Positions 30,984 to 40,257 of a stretch of 64,000 bases of DNA are shown piece by piece; the stretch's first letter is position 1; each line of letters starts with the position of its first letter. The translations under genes and the position numbers were made by a program. The stretch comes from a bacterium (lineage in GTDB: Bacteria > UBA8248), in NCBI GenBank assembly GCA_965242545.1, contig OZ251456.1, forward strand, positions 316,076-380,075, read 5' to 3'. The notes under the pieces were generated by a model. That model worked only from the letters and a program-made list of their open reading frames with translations, was not told where the DNA came from and searched no databases.

Positions 30984-32432
30984 ATGAGCGACGAGAGAGA
31001 AAGAGGGGGAGCGTGGCCGGGGGGGGGGGCGACTCCGGTGATCACGCGAAGCGCGGGCATCCCGGTAAAAGGGCGCCTCGGGAAACTGGCGTCATCCGCG
31101 CAGGATCGCTCCTTCATACTGCTCGATGTTCTCTCGCTCATCCTCGCGGAGCGGCTGACGCGCTTTTTGTGGGGCGGTCTCGACGGCCTGCTGTTCTTCC
31201 GTCCTGACGTCGTCTGGCTGTCCGCGCTGAGTTTTTGCCTTTTCTGCTTCTGCGACCTCTACGCGTACATTCGCTACGTTCGCGTCTTCCTCTCCTCCTG
31301 GCTGGTGTTCAAGGCTTTGTTCATCAGTTTCATCCTGCGCGAGGCGCTCGACGGCGTTTTCTTCGGGTTTCAGGAGGGCGTCTGGTTCTGGCTTTCGCTC
31401 TACGCCGCGACCTTCGCGGTTGTTATGCTGGCGCGCCTGATTTTCAAGAAAATCGTCCTGAAGGGCGCGCTGGAATGCAAAATCGTGGTTTTGAAGACCG
31501 GGACCGTCAAATCCGACGTCTCCTCCATGTTGTCGGAGGAGAACGACCGGAACCTGGAGATCGCCGGGGAGATTGCGGCGGACGACGACCCCGCCCGGAT
31601 TGCCGGGCGGCTTGGGGAGGCCCTGGATTCCAGCCCCGACGTTCGGTTCGTGGTGTGCGAGCAGGGCTATCTCGATCAGTCGGGCGCCGCCGCGATCCTC
31701 GGCGCGTGCGCGGCGCGTCATGTGTCATGCGTCGCTTGGCCGGGTTTCGTCTCGTTGATGGAGGGACGGATTCCGTTGGAGAGCGTTTCCGAAGCCAGAA
31801 ACTTCTTCGACTCGGATTCCCTATATCGGGTGCCGAGCCGGAGGCAGCGTTTTTGCAAACGGGCGCTCGATCTGGCGTTCAGCATCGCGGCCCTGGTCTT
31901 GTTCGCCCCTTTTGGCCTCCTCATCGCCGTTCTGAGCAAGCTCTCGAGCGAGGGGCCTGTCTTTTATTCCCAGACCCGCGTCACCCAGTTCGGCAGATTG
32001 TTCACCGTCCATAAATTCCGGACGATGAACGTGGATGCGGAACAAGCGGGGAAAGCGGAGTGGAGCAAGGCGAATGATCAGAGAGTCTATCCGTTCGGGC
32101 GCCTGCTCCGCCGCTACCATCTCGATGAGTTCCCGCAGTTCTGGAACGTCGTCAAGGGGGAGATGAGCATTGTCGGCCCCAGACCGGAGAGGCCCGAATT
32201 TTTGAAAGTTTTGCGGGATCGTTATCCGGAATTTCAATACCGCGAACTCGCTCCGGCGGGCATCACGGGCTGGGCGCAAATTCAGCAAGGATACGTCAAC
32301 AGGATTGAAGATTCTAAAACAAAGCTGGAATATGATTTATACTACATTCTGAACTACTCTTTTTATATGGACGTTCAGGTGATATTCCTCACCGCGCTCA
32401 CGTTCTTGCGCCTGCGCGGCCACGGCGTCTAG
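30984..32432 (+). CDS. Polyprenyl-phosphate glycosylphosphotransferase (bacterial sugar transferase, WbaP/EpsB-like priming enzyme)
   Basis: C-terminal catalytic domain KRALDLAFSIAALVLFAPFGLLIAVLSKLSSEGPVFYSQTRVTQFGRLFTVHKFRTM...DEFPQFWNVVKGEMSIVGPRPERPEF. N-terminal TM helices. A G11 tract at 31009-31019 lies within or just before the start (alternative GTG at 31030). Confidence 0.85.
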   Translation: MSDERERGGAWPGGGATPVITRSAGIPVKGRLGKLASSAQDRSFILLDVLSLILAERLTRFLWGGLDGLLFFRPDVVWLSALSFCLFCFCDLYAYIRYVRVFLSSWLVFKALFISFILREALDGVFFGFQEGVWFWLSLYAATFAVVMLARLIFKKIVLKGALECKIVVLKTGTVKSDVSSMLSEENDRNLEIAGEIAADDDPARIAGRLGEALDSSPDVRFVVCEQGYLDQSGAAAILGACAARHVSCVAWPGFVSLMEGRIPLESVSEARNFFDSDSLYRVPSRRQRFCKRALDLAFSIAALVLFAPFGLLIAVLSKLSSEGPVFYSQTRVTQFGRLFTVHKFRTMNVDAEQAGKAEWSKANDQRVYPFGRLLRRYHLDEFPQFWNVVKGEMSIVGPRPERPEFLKVLRDRYPEFQYRELAPAGITGWAQIQQGYVNRIEDSKTKLEYDLYYILNYSFYMDVQVIFLTALTFLRLRGHGV

Positions 32433-32434
32433 GT

Positions 32435-33607
32435 CTAGGCGCCGTCTCCCGCTTTTCGAGATTCGCCCGACGGCGCTTCCGCGTTGCTCGCCCGCTCATA
32501 CAGCGCGAGAATGCTTCCGATGACAATGTCGTCGGAAAACTCCTCTTCCACGATCCGCCGCCCGGCCGCGCCCATCTCGCGCCTGAGCTCCGCGTCCCGC
32601 GCCAGCGTTCGGATGGCGTCGGCCAGGCGCCCGGCGTCCCGGGGCGGGACGAGAAGGCCGTTCACCCCGTCTCTCACAATCTCCCGGCAGCCGGGAACAT
32701 CGGTCGCCACGATCGGGCGTCCGCGCGCCGCCGCTTCCAGCAAGCCTCTCGGGAGTCCTTCCCGGTAGGAGGGCAAAACGGCGACGTGGCAGCTCCCCCA
32801 CGCCTCGCGCATGTCCTCCCTGTAGCCCCACCATTCGACCTCGCCGCTCTCGCGCCAGCCGGCGAGCGCGCTCTCCGGGATGGAGGAGGGGTTTTTGGGG
32901 TCGGGCGCTCCCGCCAGCGCCATGCGAACCTCCACGCCCTCCGCCTTCAGCAGGCGCGCGGCCTCCACGAATTCGTTCACTCCCTTGTCCGCGAGCATCC
33001 GGGAGGCGAGAACCGCCAGCGGCGCGCCGGGAGGCTCGGGCGCCGGGCGAAAAAATTGAACGTCAACGCCCGAGCCGCGAACGAGGGTCAGCCGGGATTC
33101 GTCGGGAAGCGCGCTTTTCAGGAGCGTCGCCCCGTCGTCTTCGTTCTGGACGATCGCGTGGGTGTTTTTCCGCCGGTGAAAGGCTTTGAGCAGGAGCAGG
33201 ACGATTTTCTTCAGCGCGCTCATTTTCAGCGAGCCCGGAGCGAACAGCGAACCCAGCCCCACGAATGAGTTGACGACGACGGGCGTTCGCGTCAGCCAGG
33301 CGGCGAGCGAGCCGAGCGGCAGGTTTCGCACGCCGATGTGATGGGCGATGCGCGGCCGATGCTTCCGGTAGAGGCGAACGAGTTTGACGAGCGCCCGAAA
33401 CTCCGCCCACGGGCTGACGCCCTCCCCGTTTTGGCCCAGGACGCAGCACTCGAAGCCCTCCGCGCGGATCCGCTCCGCGCGCGCTCCGCCGATTCTCGCG
33501 CATACGACGACGCGGTAGCCCGCTTCCCTGGCGGCCAGAGCGAGGGCGCGCCTGTGGCTCAGAAAATATCCGTCCTCGAGGTCCAGCAAAAGCAGCGTTC
33601 CGCTCAT
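32435..33607 (-). CDS. GT4/GT-B glycosyltransferase
   Basis: 390 aa, C-terminal E-x7-E-like region (GLPRGLLEAAARGRPIVATDVPGCREIV), group-1 glycosyltransferase layout. Confidence 0.75.
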   Translation of the reverse strand: MSGTLLLLDLEDGYFLSHRRALALAAREAGYRVVVCARIGGARAERIRAEGFECCVLGQNGEGVSPWAEFRALVKLVRLYRKHRPRIAHHIGVRNLPLGSLAAWLTRTPVVVNSFVGLGSLFAPGSLKMSALKKIVLLLLKAFHRRKNTHAIVQNEDDGATLLKSALPDESRLTLVRGSGVDVQFFRPAPEPPGAPLAVLASRMLADKGVNEFVEAARLLKAEGVEVRMALAGAPDPKNPSSIPESALAGWRESGEVEWWGYREDMREAWGSCHVAVLPSYREGLPRGLLEAAARGRPIVATDVPGCREIVRDGVNGLLVPPRDAGRLADAIRTLARDAELRREMGAAGRRIVEEEFSDDIVIGSILALYERASNAEAPSGESRKAGDGA

Positions 33608-33608
33608 C

Positions 33609-35558
33609 TCATCGCCCTTGCGCGTCCAGCCACGCCTGGAACATCAGCGCGTCCCAAAGGTGATGCGCCCAGTCCCTTTCCCCGGAGAGATGCTGCGTCC
33701 ACCTGTCGCGGATGGGCTTCGGGTGAAAAAAGCCCTCCGCCTCGAGGCGCGATTCCCGCAGGAGCTCCTCCGCCCAGTCCCGGAGCGGACCTCTCAGCCA
33801 TTCCCCGATGGGCGCGGAGAACCCCATCTTGGGCCTTTCGATCAGGGAGGCGGGCGCGTAGCGGGAGAACAATCGCTTCAATATCCATTTCCCTTCGCCG
33901 CCGCGCACCTTCAGCTCCAGCGGCAGAGACCAGGCGAACTCCACGACCCGGTGATCCAGAAAGGGCGCCCGCGCTTCAAGACTCGCCCCCATGGCCGCCC
34001 TGTCCACCTTCACCAGGAGGTCGTCGGGCAGGTATTCCGTCATGTCCCGATACATCATCTTCTCGATCGGACGCAGGCGCGCCAGTTCGGGGTCCGCGGA
34101 AAGCGCGTTTTCCGGCGCCCGATTTCCGTCGGCGCAAATCGCTTCTTCCCAGTACCTGTGGATCAGCAACTCATATATTTCATCAAGGCCGGCCGCGTCG
34201 AGAAGCGTTCCCAGCTTCCGCAGTTTGCTCCCGATCATCTCGACCTGAAAGCGTCCGGGCAGGATCGGGGATATTTTCCGGTAGGCGCGCGCCAGCCCCA
34301 CGCTTCGCGCCGCCAGCGCCTTCGCCATGGGTTTTCTCAGCCGCTTCGGCACCCGGCGGATGGAATTCCACACCCTGGGTGTCCAGAAATAGCGATTGTA
34401 GCCGCCGAAAAGCTCATCGCCGCCATCGCCCGACAGGGCGACCGTCACGCGCTCCCGCGTGAGGGCGCACAACAGGAACGTCGGGATCTGCGAGGAATCC
34501 GCGAACGGTTCGTCATAGAGCCGGGGGAGACGCGGAACGACGTCGAGCGCTTCTTTCGGGCCGGCGTAGAGTTCCGTGTGCGCCGTTCCCAGGCGGCGGG
34601 CCACGGCGCGCGCGTGAGGGGCCTCGTCATGTTCATCTTCCCGGAAGCCGATGGAGAACGTCCGGATGGGAGCGTCGCTCTGCGCCTGCGCCAGGGCGGT
34701 TACCACCGAGGAATCGACCCCGCCCGAAAGAAACGCGCCGATCGGCACGTCCGCCCGCAGCGTCCCCCGCACGGCGCGCCTCACCACTTCATCGAGTTGA
34801 TCGATCGCCTCCTCGTCCGACAGGGCCGGCCGGCGGGGCGATGCGCTCAGCACCGCGTCTTTCGCGCGCCAGTAGACGGCGGGCCGCGGCAGGCGCCCGG
34901 GCGGGTCCTGCGCGTGGAGGCTGAGAACCGCGCCGGGGACGAGCTTGCGGATTCCCCGATAGATGGAATAAGGAGCCGGGACGCAGCTGCGCTTCATGTA
35001 AAGGGCCAGCGCGTCGGATGAAATCTCCCCTTCCCAGTCGGGATGTTCGCGAAGGGCCTTCAGTTCCGAGCCGAAGACGAAGGACTTGCCGCGCCAGCCG
35101 TAATAAAGCGGCTTCTCGCCCATCCTGTCGCGCGCGAGGCGCAGCGTTCGCTCCCGGCGATCCCAAAGGGCGAAGGCGAACATGCCGACGAATCGCCGGA
35201 GAGCCGCCTCCGGCCCCCAGGCCTCCACCGCGGCGAGGAGGACCTCGGTGTCCGAGTTTCCCCTGAACCGCGCGCCCTCGCGCGTCAGCTCCTCGCGCAG
35301 ATCGAGAAAGTTGTAAATCTCTCCGTTGTAGACGACGACGTAGCGCCCGCTGTTCGAGATCATGGGCTGGCGGCCGTCTGGGCTCAAATCGATGATGGAA
35401 AGCCGCCGGAACCCCAGAGCGACGCCCGCCGCCTCGTCCACCCAGCTTCCCTCGTCGTCCGGCCCGCGGTGTCGGAGCTGCTCCGCCATGCGCGCGACGA
35501 CGTCCCGGGAGGCGTCCGTTTCCCGATGCGTGAAGAGAAACCCCGCGAAGCCGCACAT
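33609..35558 (-). CDS. Asparagine synthase (glutamine-hydrolysing) paralog
   Basis: MCGFAGFL N-terminal Ntn-glutaminase Cys2, and the SGGVDSS PP-loop. 649 aa. Embedded in a polysaccharide locus rather than an amino-acid context. Confidence 0.85.
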   Translation of the reverse strand: MCGFAGFLFTHRETDASRDVVARMAEQLRHRGPDDEGSWVDEAAGVALGFRRLSIIDLSPDGRQPMISNSGRYVVVYNGEIYNFLDLREELTREGARFRGNSDTEVLLAAVEAWGPEAALRRFVGMFAFALWDRRERTLRLARDRMGEKPLYYGWRGKSFVFGSELKALREHPDWEGEISSDALALYMKRSCVPAPYSIYRGIRKLVPGAVLSLHAQDPPGRLPRPAVYWRAKDAVLSASPRRPALSDEEAIDQLDEVVRRAVRGTLRADVPIGAFLSGGVDSSVVTALAQAQSDAPIRTFSIGFREDEHDEAPHARAVARRLGTAHTELYAGPKEALDVVPRLPRLYDEPFADSSQIPTFLLCALTRERVTVALSGDGGDELFGGYNRYFWTPRVWNSIRRVPKRLRKPMAKALAARSVGLARAYRKISPILPGRFQVEMIGSKLRKLGTLLDAAGLDEIYELLIHRYWEEAICADGNRAPENALSADPELARLRPIEKMMYRDMTEYLPDDLLVKVDRAAMGASLEARAPFLDHRVVEFAWSLPLELKVRGGEGKWILKRLFSRYAPASLIERPKMGFSAPIGEWLRGPLRDWAEELLRESRLEAEGFFHPKPIRDRWTQHLSGERDWAHHLWDALMFQAWLDAQGR

Positions 35559-35611
35559 GCCGCCCGCTCAGTTCCGGCCGGATGAATGGAGGCGCGCCCG
35601 GGCTTTCATTC

Positions 35612-36367
35612 TCATTTTTTCCGCAAGGCGACGCTGAACGTTTCCGCCGCCCGCTCGCGCGCCAGGAGATGGAAGACGCACAGCCAGCACCGCCAGAAAA
35701 CGTGCAGGGGGGCGAGGAAGGTGAAGTAATCACTGCGATAATACGCCCTTTTCTCGACGACGGCCAAACCGCTCGCTCGCGCCGTCTCCTCGAACGCCGC
35801 CAGCGTGCAGCGGTCGTAATAAGCCGGAAAGCCGGTTTTATCGTCAAGTTCGGGGAAAAGGAGCCGCAGCGTCCTCCGCTTCAGGCTCTCCGGCGTCAGG
35901 AGGTTGACGCGCGCGTAGACGGCGTTTCTCGACGGAGCGAAAAGGAGGGCGACGCCACCTTTTCTCAGGATGCTCGCCAGGCCGGCGAAGGCGGAAGCGG
36001 CGTCCGGGACGTGTTCCAGCAGAGCCTGGCAAATCACGACGTCGGCGTCCGCGCGCCCTCTGTATTCCGTGATGTCGGCGCGGATGACTTCGTCATAAGC
36101 TCCGCGCGGCGCGCGCGCCAGTTCGCTCTGGTCGATGTCGAGGCCGACGACCCGCAAATTCAGCCGCGCCTTCTCCTCGGCGGAATGGAAGGGACGCTTC
36201 CCCCCGCCGACGTCATACACCAGCGCGCCGTCGGGGATGTGAGGCGGCGCGAAGTTTTCCTGGAAATGGGCGTTTCCGTCCACCCGGAATTTTCCGGGCA
36301 GCAGCTCGTCGAAGCGTCTCGACAGATATTTGTTGAACCGGATGAATCTCGCCGGCGGAGCGCGCAT
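35612..36367 (-). CDS. Class I SAM-dependent methyltransferase
   Basis: Motif I-like VYDVGGGK and a methyltransferase-fold layout. 251 aa. Confidence 0.65.
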   Translation of the reverse strand: MRAPPARFIRFNKYLSRRFDELLPGKFRVDGNAHFQENFAPPHIPDGALVYDVGGGKRPFHSAEEKARLNLRVVGLDIDQSELARAPRGAYDEVIRADITEYRGRADADVVICQALLEHVPDAASAFAGLASILRKGGVALLFAPSRNAVYARVNLLTPESLKRRTLRLLFPELDDKTGFPAYYDRCTLAAFEETARASGLAVVEKRAYYRSDYFTFLAPLHVFWRCWLCVFHLLARERAAETFSVALRKK

Positions 36368-36525
36368 GAATGCGGTAGTTCCTCATCGCGGAAAGGCGTA
36401 GGCGAAAGCGCGAGGCCCCGGACACTCCGGGGCCGCGCCCGTCATCGAAATCACTCGAAAATTTCCTGAACCCGTCCGGTTTTTCGGCCCACCCGCTGGT
36501 TCGGAAGGATTAGGCCGCGGCCGCC

Positions 36526-37806
36526 TTAGCGGCGGTAGGTATGGGGAAGCCTGAAGCCCCGGGAGCGGAGAAATTCAAAAAGCCGGATGAGGCCGTTCGC
36601 CCCCAGCAGGGCGCGTCCCAGCAGGAGCCCGGCGAGCGGCATCGTCATGCGGCGCCCGGCGCTCCGCCGGATGGCTCCCCGGAACGATTCCGCGTCGCCC
36701 GCGCGCAGATAATGAAACGCCTGACGCGCGTAGTGAACGGCCAGCGCGGAGTCCGCCAGCTTTCTGGGGATATGGTACATCTCGCAGATTCGCTCCACGA
36801 CGGAGATGAGCGCGGGTATCCATACAAGGGGGGAGTTGCCTTCCGTGATGCTCTGTTTGTTTATTCTGTAGAAGCCGCAGACTTTTTCGACGTGCTCAAA
36901 TTCAAAATCATGGGTGATTCTGAGCCACAGGTCGTAGTCCTCGCCGATGCGCAGCGAGGGGTCGAACACGCCAGCCTTCTGAAGGGCGGAACGCCGCACC
37001 ATCGCCATGGCGGTGCATATGAAATTCGCGTGGAGCAGCTTCTCGAATACCCTTCCGGTGGGAACGTTGCCCCGGAGCATAACCTTTCCGCCCAGGGGGT
37101 GATCGCCCAGGCATTGAAAGTTGCAGGCGACGATGCCGCAGTTCGGGTTCGCCTTCATCGCCTCTGCCTGGCGCTCCAGCTTGTCGGGAAGCCATAAATC
37201 GTCCGCATCCAGAAAGGCGATGAATTCTCCCGTTGATCGGGCGATGCCGACGTTGCGGGCGACGGCGGGCAGGCCGCTGTTCTCCTGCCGGAAATAGCGC
37301 AGCCTCTCGTCGTCAAACGATTCGACGACCTCCTTCGTGTCGTCGGTCGAGCCGTCGTCGATGACGTGGACGTCGAAATCCCGAAACGTCTGCTCCAGGA
37401 CGGAGCGAATCGCCTCGCCGATGAAGGCGCCCTGGTTGTAGGCGGGAATCACGACGCTTACGGCGGGCATCCGCTTCTCCTGTCGGGCTTCCATTCGGCG
37501 CGGGAAGAGCCTTCGCGCGGGTTCCGGGAGCCGCTCCGCCTCTCGTTCGCGGCGCTCGCCGATTTCGCGCCAGACGGGCACCCACAGATCATCGGTCGTC
37601 CCCTTCAGGGAGGCGACCGCGCTTTTGAGCTCCTCGACGTCTTCGATCATGTGGAGCCATCGCCGGTAGAAGCCCCCGTGTTCCACGGCGAAGGGGTCTT
37701 CGCTGGGAGCGAAAGGGAGATGCCCGGCGGGGGGATCGCTCATCGCATCATCCTCCCGGGCCTCCCGGGGGCGGCTTTGAAGCAGCCACGTGGCGGGGGG
37801 AATCAT
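36526..37806 (-). CDS. Family 2 glycosyltransferase
   Basis: VSVVIPAYNQGAFI...VHVIDDGSTDDT...LDADD GT2 core, preceded by an N-terminal extension of about 110 aa. The true start may be internal. Confidence 0.75.
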   Translation of the reverse strand: MIPPATWLLQSRPREAREDDAMSDPPAGHLPFAPSEDPFAVEHGGFYRRWLHMIEDVEELKSAVASLKGTTDDLWVPVWREIGERREREAERLPEPARRLFPRRMEARQEKRMPAVSVVIPAYNQGAFIGEAIRSVLEQTFRDFDVHVIDDGSTDDTKEVVESFDDERLRYFRQENSGLPAVARNVGIARSTGEFIAFLDADDLWLPDKLERQAEAMKANPNCGIVACNFQCLGDHPLGGKVMLRGNVPTGRVFEKLLHANFICTAMAMVRRSALQKAGVFDPSLRIGEDYDLWLRITHDFEFEHVEKVCGFYRINKQSITEGNSPLVWIPALISVVERICEMYHIPRKLADSALAVHYARQAFHYLRAGDAESFRGAIRRSAGRRMTMPLAGLLLGRALLGANGLIRLFEFLRSRGFRLPHTYRR

Positions 37807-38243
37807 GCGCCCGGCGCGGCGTCCAGGTGTTCGTAGATCTCAACGATCATCCCGCCCTTGACAACGCCGTCGCTCAGGTGGCCGGTCAGGACTTTTTCCG
37901 GTTCGCCCGGGCCGCCGCTGATGGCCATGTGCACGTGGACGTAGGGCCGGGGCTCCTCCCACCGCTCATCGCCCAGCGCCGCGGGCGCCTCGGCGGGCCA
38001 GGTGATGTTCCCCAGGGCGATGAGCTCGCGCCAGCCCTCGAAGCGGAGGCGGTCGACGTCGTAGCCGTCCATGCTCCTGAACCCCGAGATCATCTTCGTT
38101 TCGGAGAGCGCGCCGATGAGAAAAACCGAACCCGCGCGGATGTTTTTCTCCTTCACGAATCGGGTCAGGTTCGCGTAAAAATGGTCGCCCGCCTCCAGCG
38201 TGACGCGAAAGATGCGGCCCAGTTTTTTTTCTTCCACTTTCAT
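37803..38243 (-). CDS. PPC/DUF296 domain protein
   Basis: 146 aa, resembles PPC (DUF296) domain proteins (FRVTLEAGDHFYANLTRFVKEKNIRAGSVF...VHVHMAISGG). ATGA overlap with the upstream GT2. Confidence 0.5.
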   Translation of the reverse strand: MKVEEKKLGRIFRVTLEAGDHFYANLTRFVKEKNIRAGSVFLIGALSETKMISGFRSMDGYDVDRLRFEGWRELIALGNITWPAEAPAALGDERWEEPRPYVHVHMAISGGPGEPEKVLTGHLSDGVVKGGMIVEIYEHLDAAPGA

Positions 38244-38272
38244 CGCGCGCTTTTTCTCCGTTGGAAAAGGCT

Positions 38273-39140
38273 TCAGCTTCGCCGCTCCGAGGCGACTTCG
38301 TCATAGACGCGCTCGAGCCCCTCGCGGAAGACGTCTTTTCGCTGCCGGAGCCAGTATGCGCCGAGCGAATCGTCCGCGTGAAAATACTTGAGAAATTTTG
38401 GATCCGCCACCGCTTCCGCCCTTTCCTTGCCGGAGGCGACGGCCTCGGCCATGATTTCCATCATCCCGCTCAGGCGCGCTTTCAGCCCGGCGGCGACCTC
38501 CTTTCCGCATATCTCTCCGTGGCCGGGGACGATTGTCCCGACGTCGAGGCTCTCCACCCAGGCGAGCGCCTCTATCCATTCGCCCATGCGGGCGTCCCGC
38601 ATCCCCGCCGAGGGGCCGTTGATGACGACGTCCCCCGAGAAGAGCACGCCCTCCTCGGGCACGAGGACGGAGGCGCACGCGGGCGAGTGCCCGCCTTTGC
38701 GATGAATCTCGAACGTGAGGGGCGGCAGGCGCAGCGTGAGGCCATCCTCGAAGCAGAATTGGGGCAGCGGAACGGCGGCGTTCTCGATTTCCTCCGCCTC
38801 GTCCGAATGCCCCCGGTCTCTCAGCGTTTCCACGAAGATTTCCTTGGAGAAGGCGTTGTCGCCCCTGGCGATTTCATCATAGACGCGTTGAGGGGCGATG
38901 ATGCTCACCTCCCCCTCGATGAAGGACGCGCCCGTGGTATGGTCGCCGTGATAATCGGTGGCGACGAGGTAGCGAACGCCCAGCGGGCTCAGGCGGGAGA
39001 CCCGGCTTTGCCATTCGCGCGAGTGCGTCGGCCGCACCGGGCAGTCGAGGAGGAGGACGCCCTTTTCCGTGACGGCCGCCCCCACGTTCGCCCAATCGTA
39101 GGCGGTCTCCGCGTATAGATGCTCGGAGAGGCGGCGCATG
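38273..39140 (-). CDS. MBL-fold metallo-hydrolase
   Basis: HxHxDH-type motif (TDYHGDHTTG) plus downstream His/Asp ligands. Start at ATG 39138-39140 (MRRLSEHLY). The longer track ORF upstream is antisense to the next gene. Confidence 0.7.
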
Positions 39141-39301
39141 GCGGACGCTTCCTCTTTTGACCGGGGTGAACGATAATTCCCGAATGGCGAGGATACCCTC
39201 GGAGGCTCGCTCCGGCAAGCGCCGCGCCGACGGCTTCCGCATGTTCCCGCGGGTCCGCGCGCTAAACCCGCGTCAACCTGCTTCAGTGGGGAAAACCCGT
39301 T

Positions 39302-40117
39302 TTGGAGCTCATCCTTCTGGGCGTGGGCGCGCCGCCCCCGACCCCCGAGAAAAGCGGTCCGTGCAACGGCGTCGTCAAGGGCGGGAAGCTCTACCTGGTT
39401 GACGCCGCCCGGCACGCCGCGACCCAGATCGTGAAGGCGGGCTTTCGCGTCGCCGGCGTGGACCACTTGTTTTTCACGCATTTTCACTCTGACCACTATA
39501 CGGGATTCGGCGACTTCTTCCTCTCCCGGTGGATCATGGGCGCCGGGACGCCTTTGAAGGTCTATGGCCCGTCGCCGGTTCACGAGATAGTCCGGCGGAT
39601 GCTTCATTATTACGAATACGACATCAATCTCCGGGTGGATGAGGGAAAGCCCGGGGAGGGCGCCGAAGTCGAGGCGGCCGCGCTCGCGCCCGGTGATTCG
39701 ATCGAGGTGGACGGCATCGAGGTTCGCGCGGAGAAGGGCACGCGCCACGGCAACGTGGACGACATCCTCTCCTATTCCTTTGCGGCGGAGGGAAGAAAAA
39801 TCGTCATGGCGAGCGATGGAAGCCCCACGGAAAAGCTGGCGTCCCTCGCCCGGGGCGCGGACGTTCTGGTGATGCACCCCTGCGTCCCGGAGTTGATAGG
39901 CGAGCGTTTCGGCGGATTCAGGGGCACGGCGAAGCTGGTGGCGGCCCATCACGCCACGGCGGAGGAGGTCGGGAGAACGGCCGCTCGCGCCGGCGCGGGC
40001 AAGCTCGTTTTCTCCCACGTGGTTCCCCCCCTGGCGCCGAACGAAAGGGTGAGGGAGGCGATAGTCCCTTATTTCGACGGCCCCGTCATCGCCGGCGAGG
40101 ATTTGATGCGGCTTTGA
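39302..40117 (+). CDS. MBL-fold metallo-hydrolase (RNase Z/Lactamase_B_2-like)
   Basis: FFTHFHSDHYTG motif. 271 aa. Confidence 0.7.
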   Translation: MELILLGVGAPPPTPEKSGPCNGVVKGGKLYLVDAARHAATQIVKAGFRVAGVDHLFFTHFHSDHYTGFGDFFLSRWIMGAGTPLKVYGPSPVHEIVRRMLHYYEYDINLRVDEGKPGEGAEVEAAALAPGDSIEVDGIEVRAEKGTRHGNVDDILSYSFAAEGRKIVMASDGSPTEKLASLARGADVLVMHPCVPELIGERFGGFRGTAKLVAAHHATAEEVGRTAARAGAGKLVFSHVVPPLAPNERVREAIVPYFDGPVIAGEDLMRL

Positions 40118-40257
40118 GCCCGCACGCGCTTTCCGGATTTCGCCTTGATGCAATCCGGGCGCGCCTGTGGCATACTCCCCGCATTCCATACAGGGCGGCG
40201 GCGCGCCATTTCGGCTTCGGGAGGTTCGTCTTTTCATTTCTTGGAGGAGGAAACGAG

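Noticed and set aside
38273-40237. 654-aa minus-strand ORF treated as one gene
   Set aside because: Only the C-terminal 289 aa (from ATG 39138-39140) show MBL-fold similarity. The N-terminal part is antisense to the plus-strand MBL gene 39302..40117.
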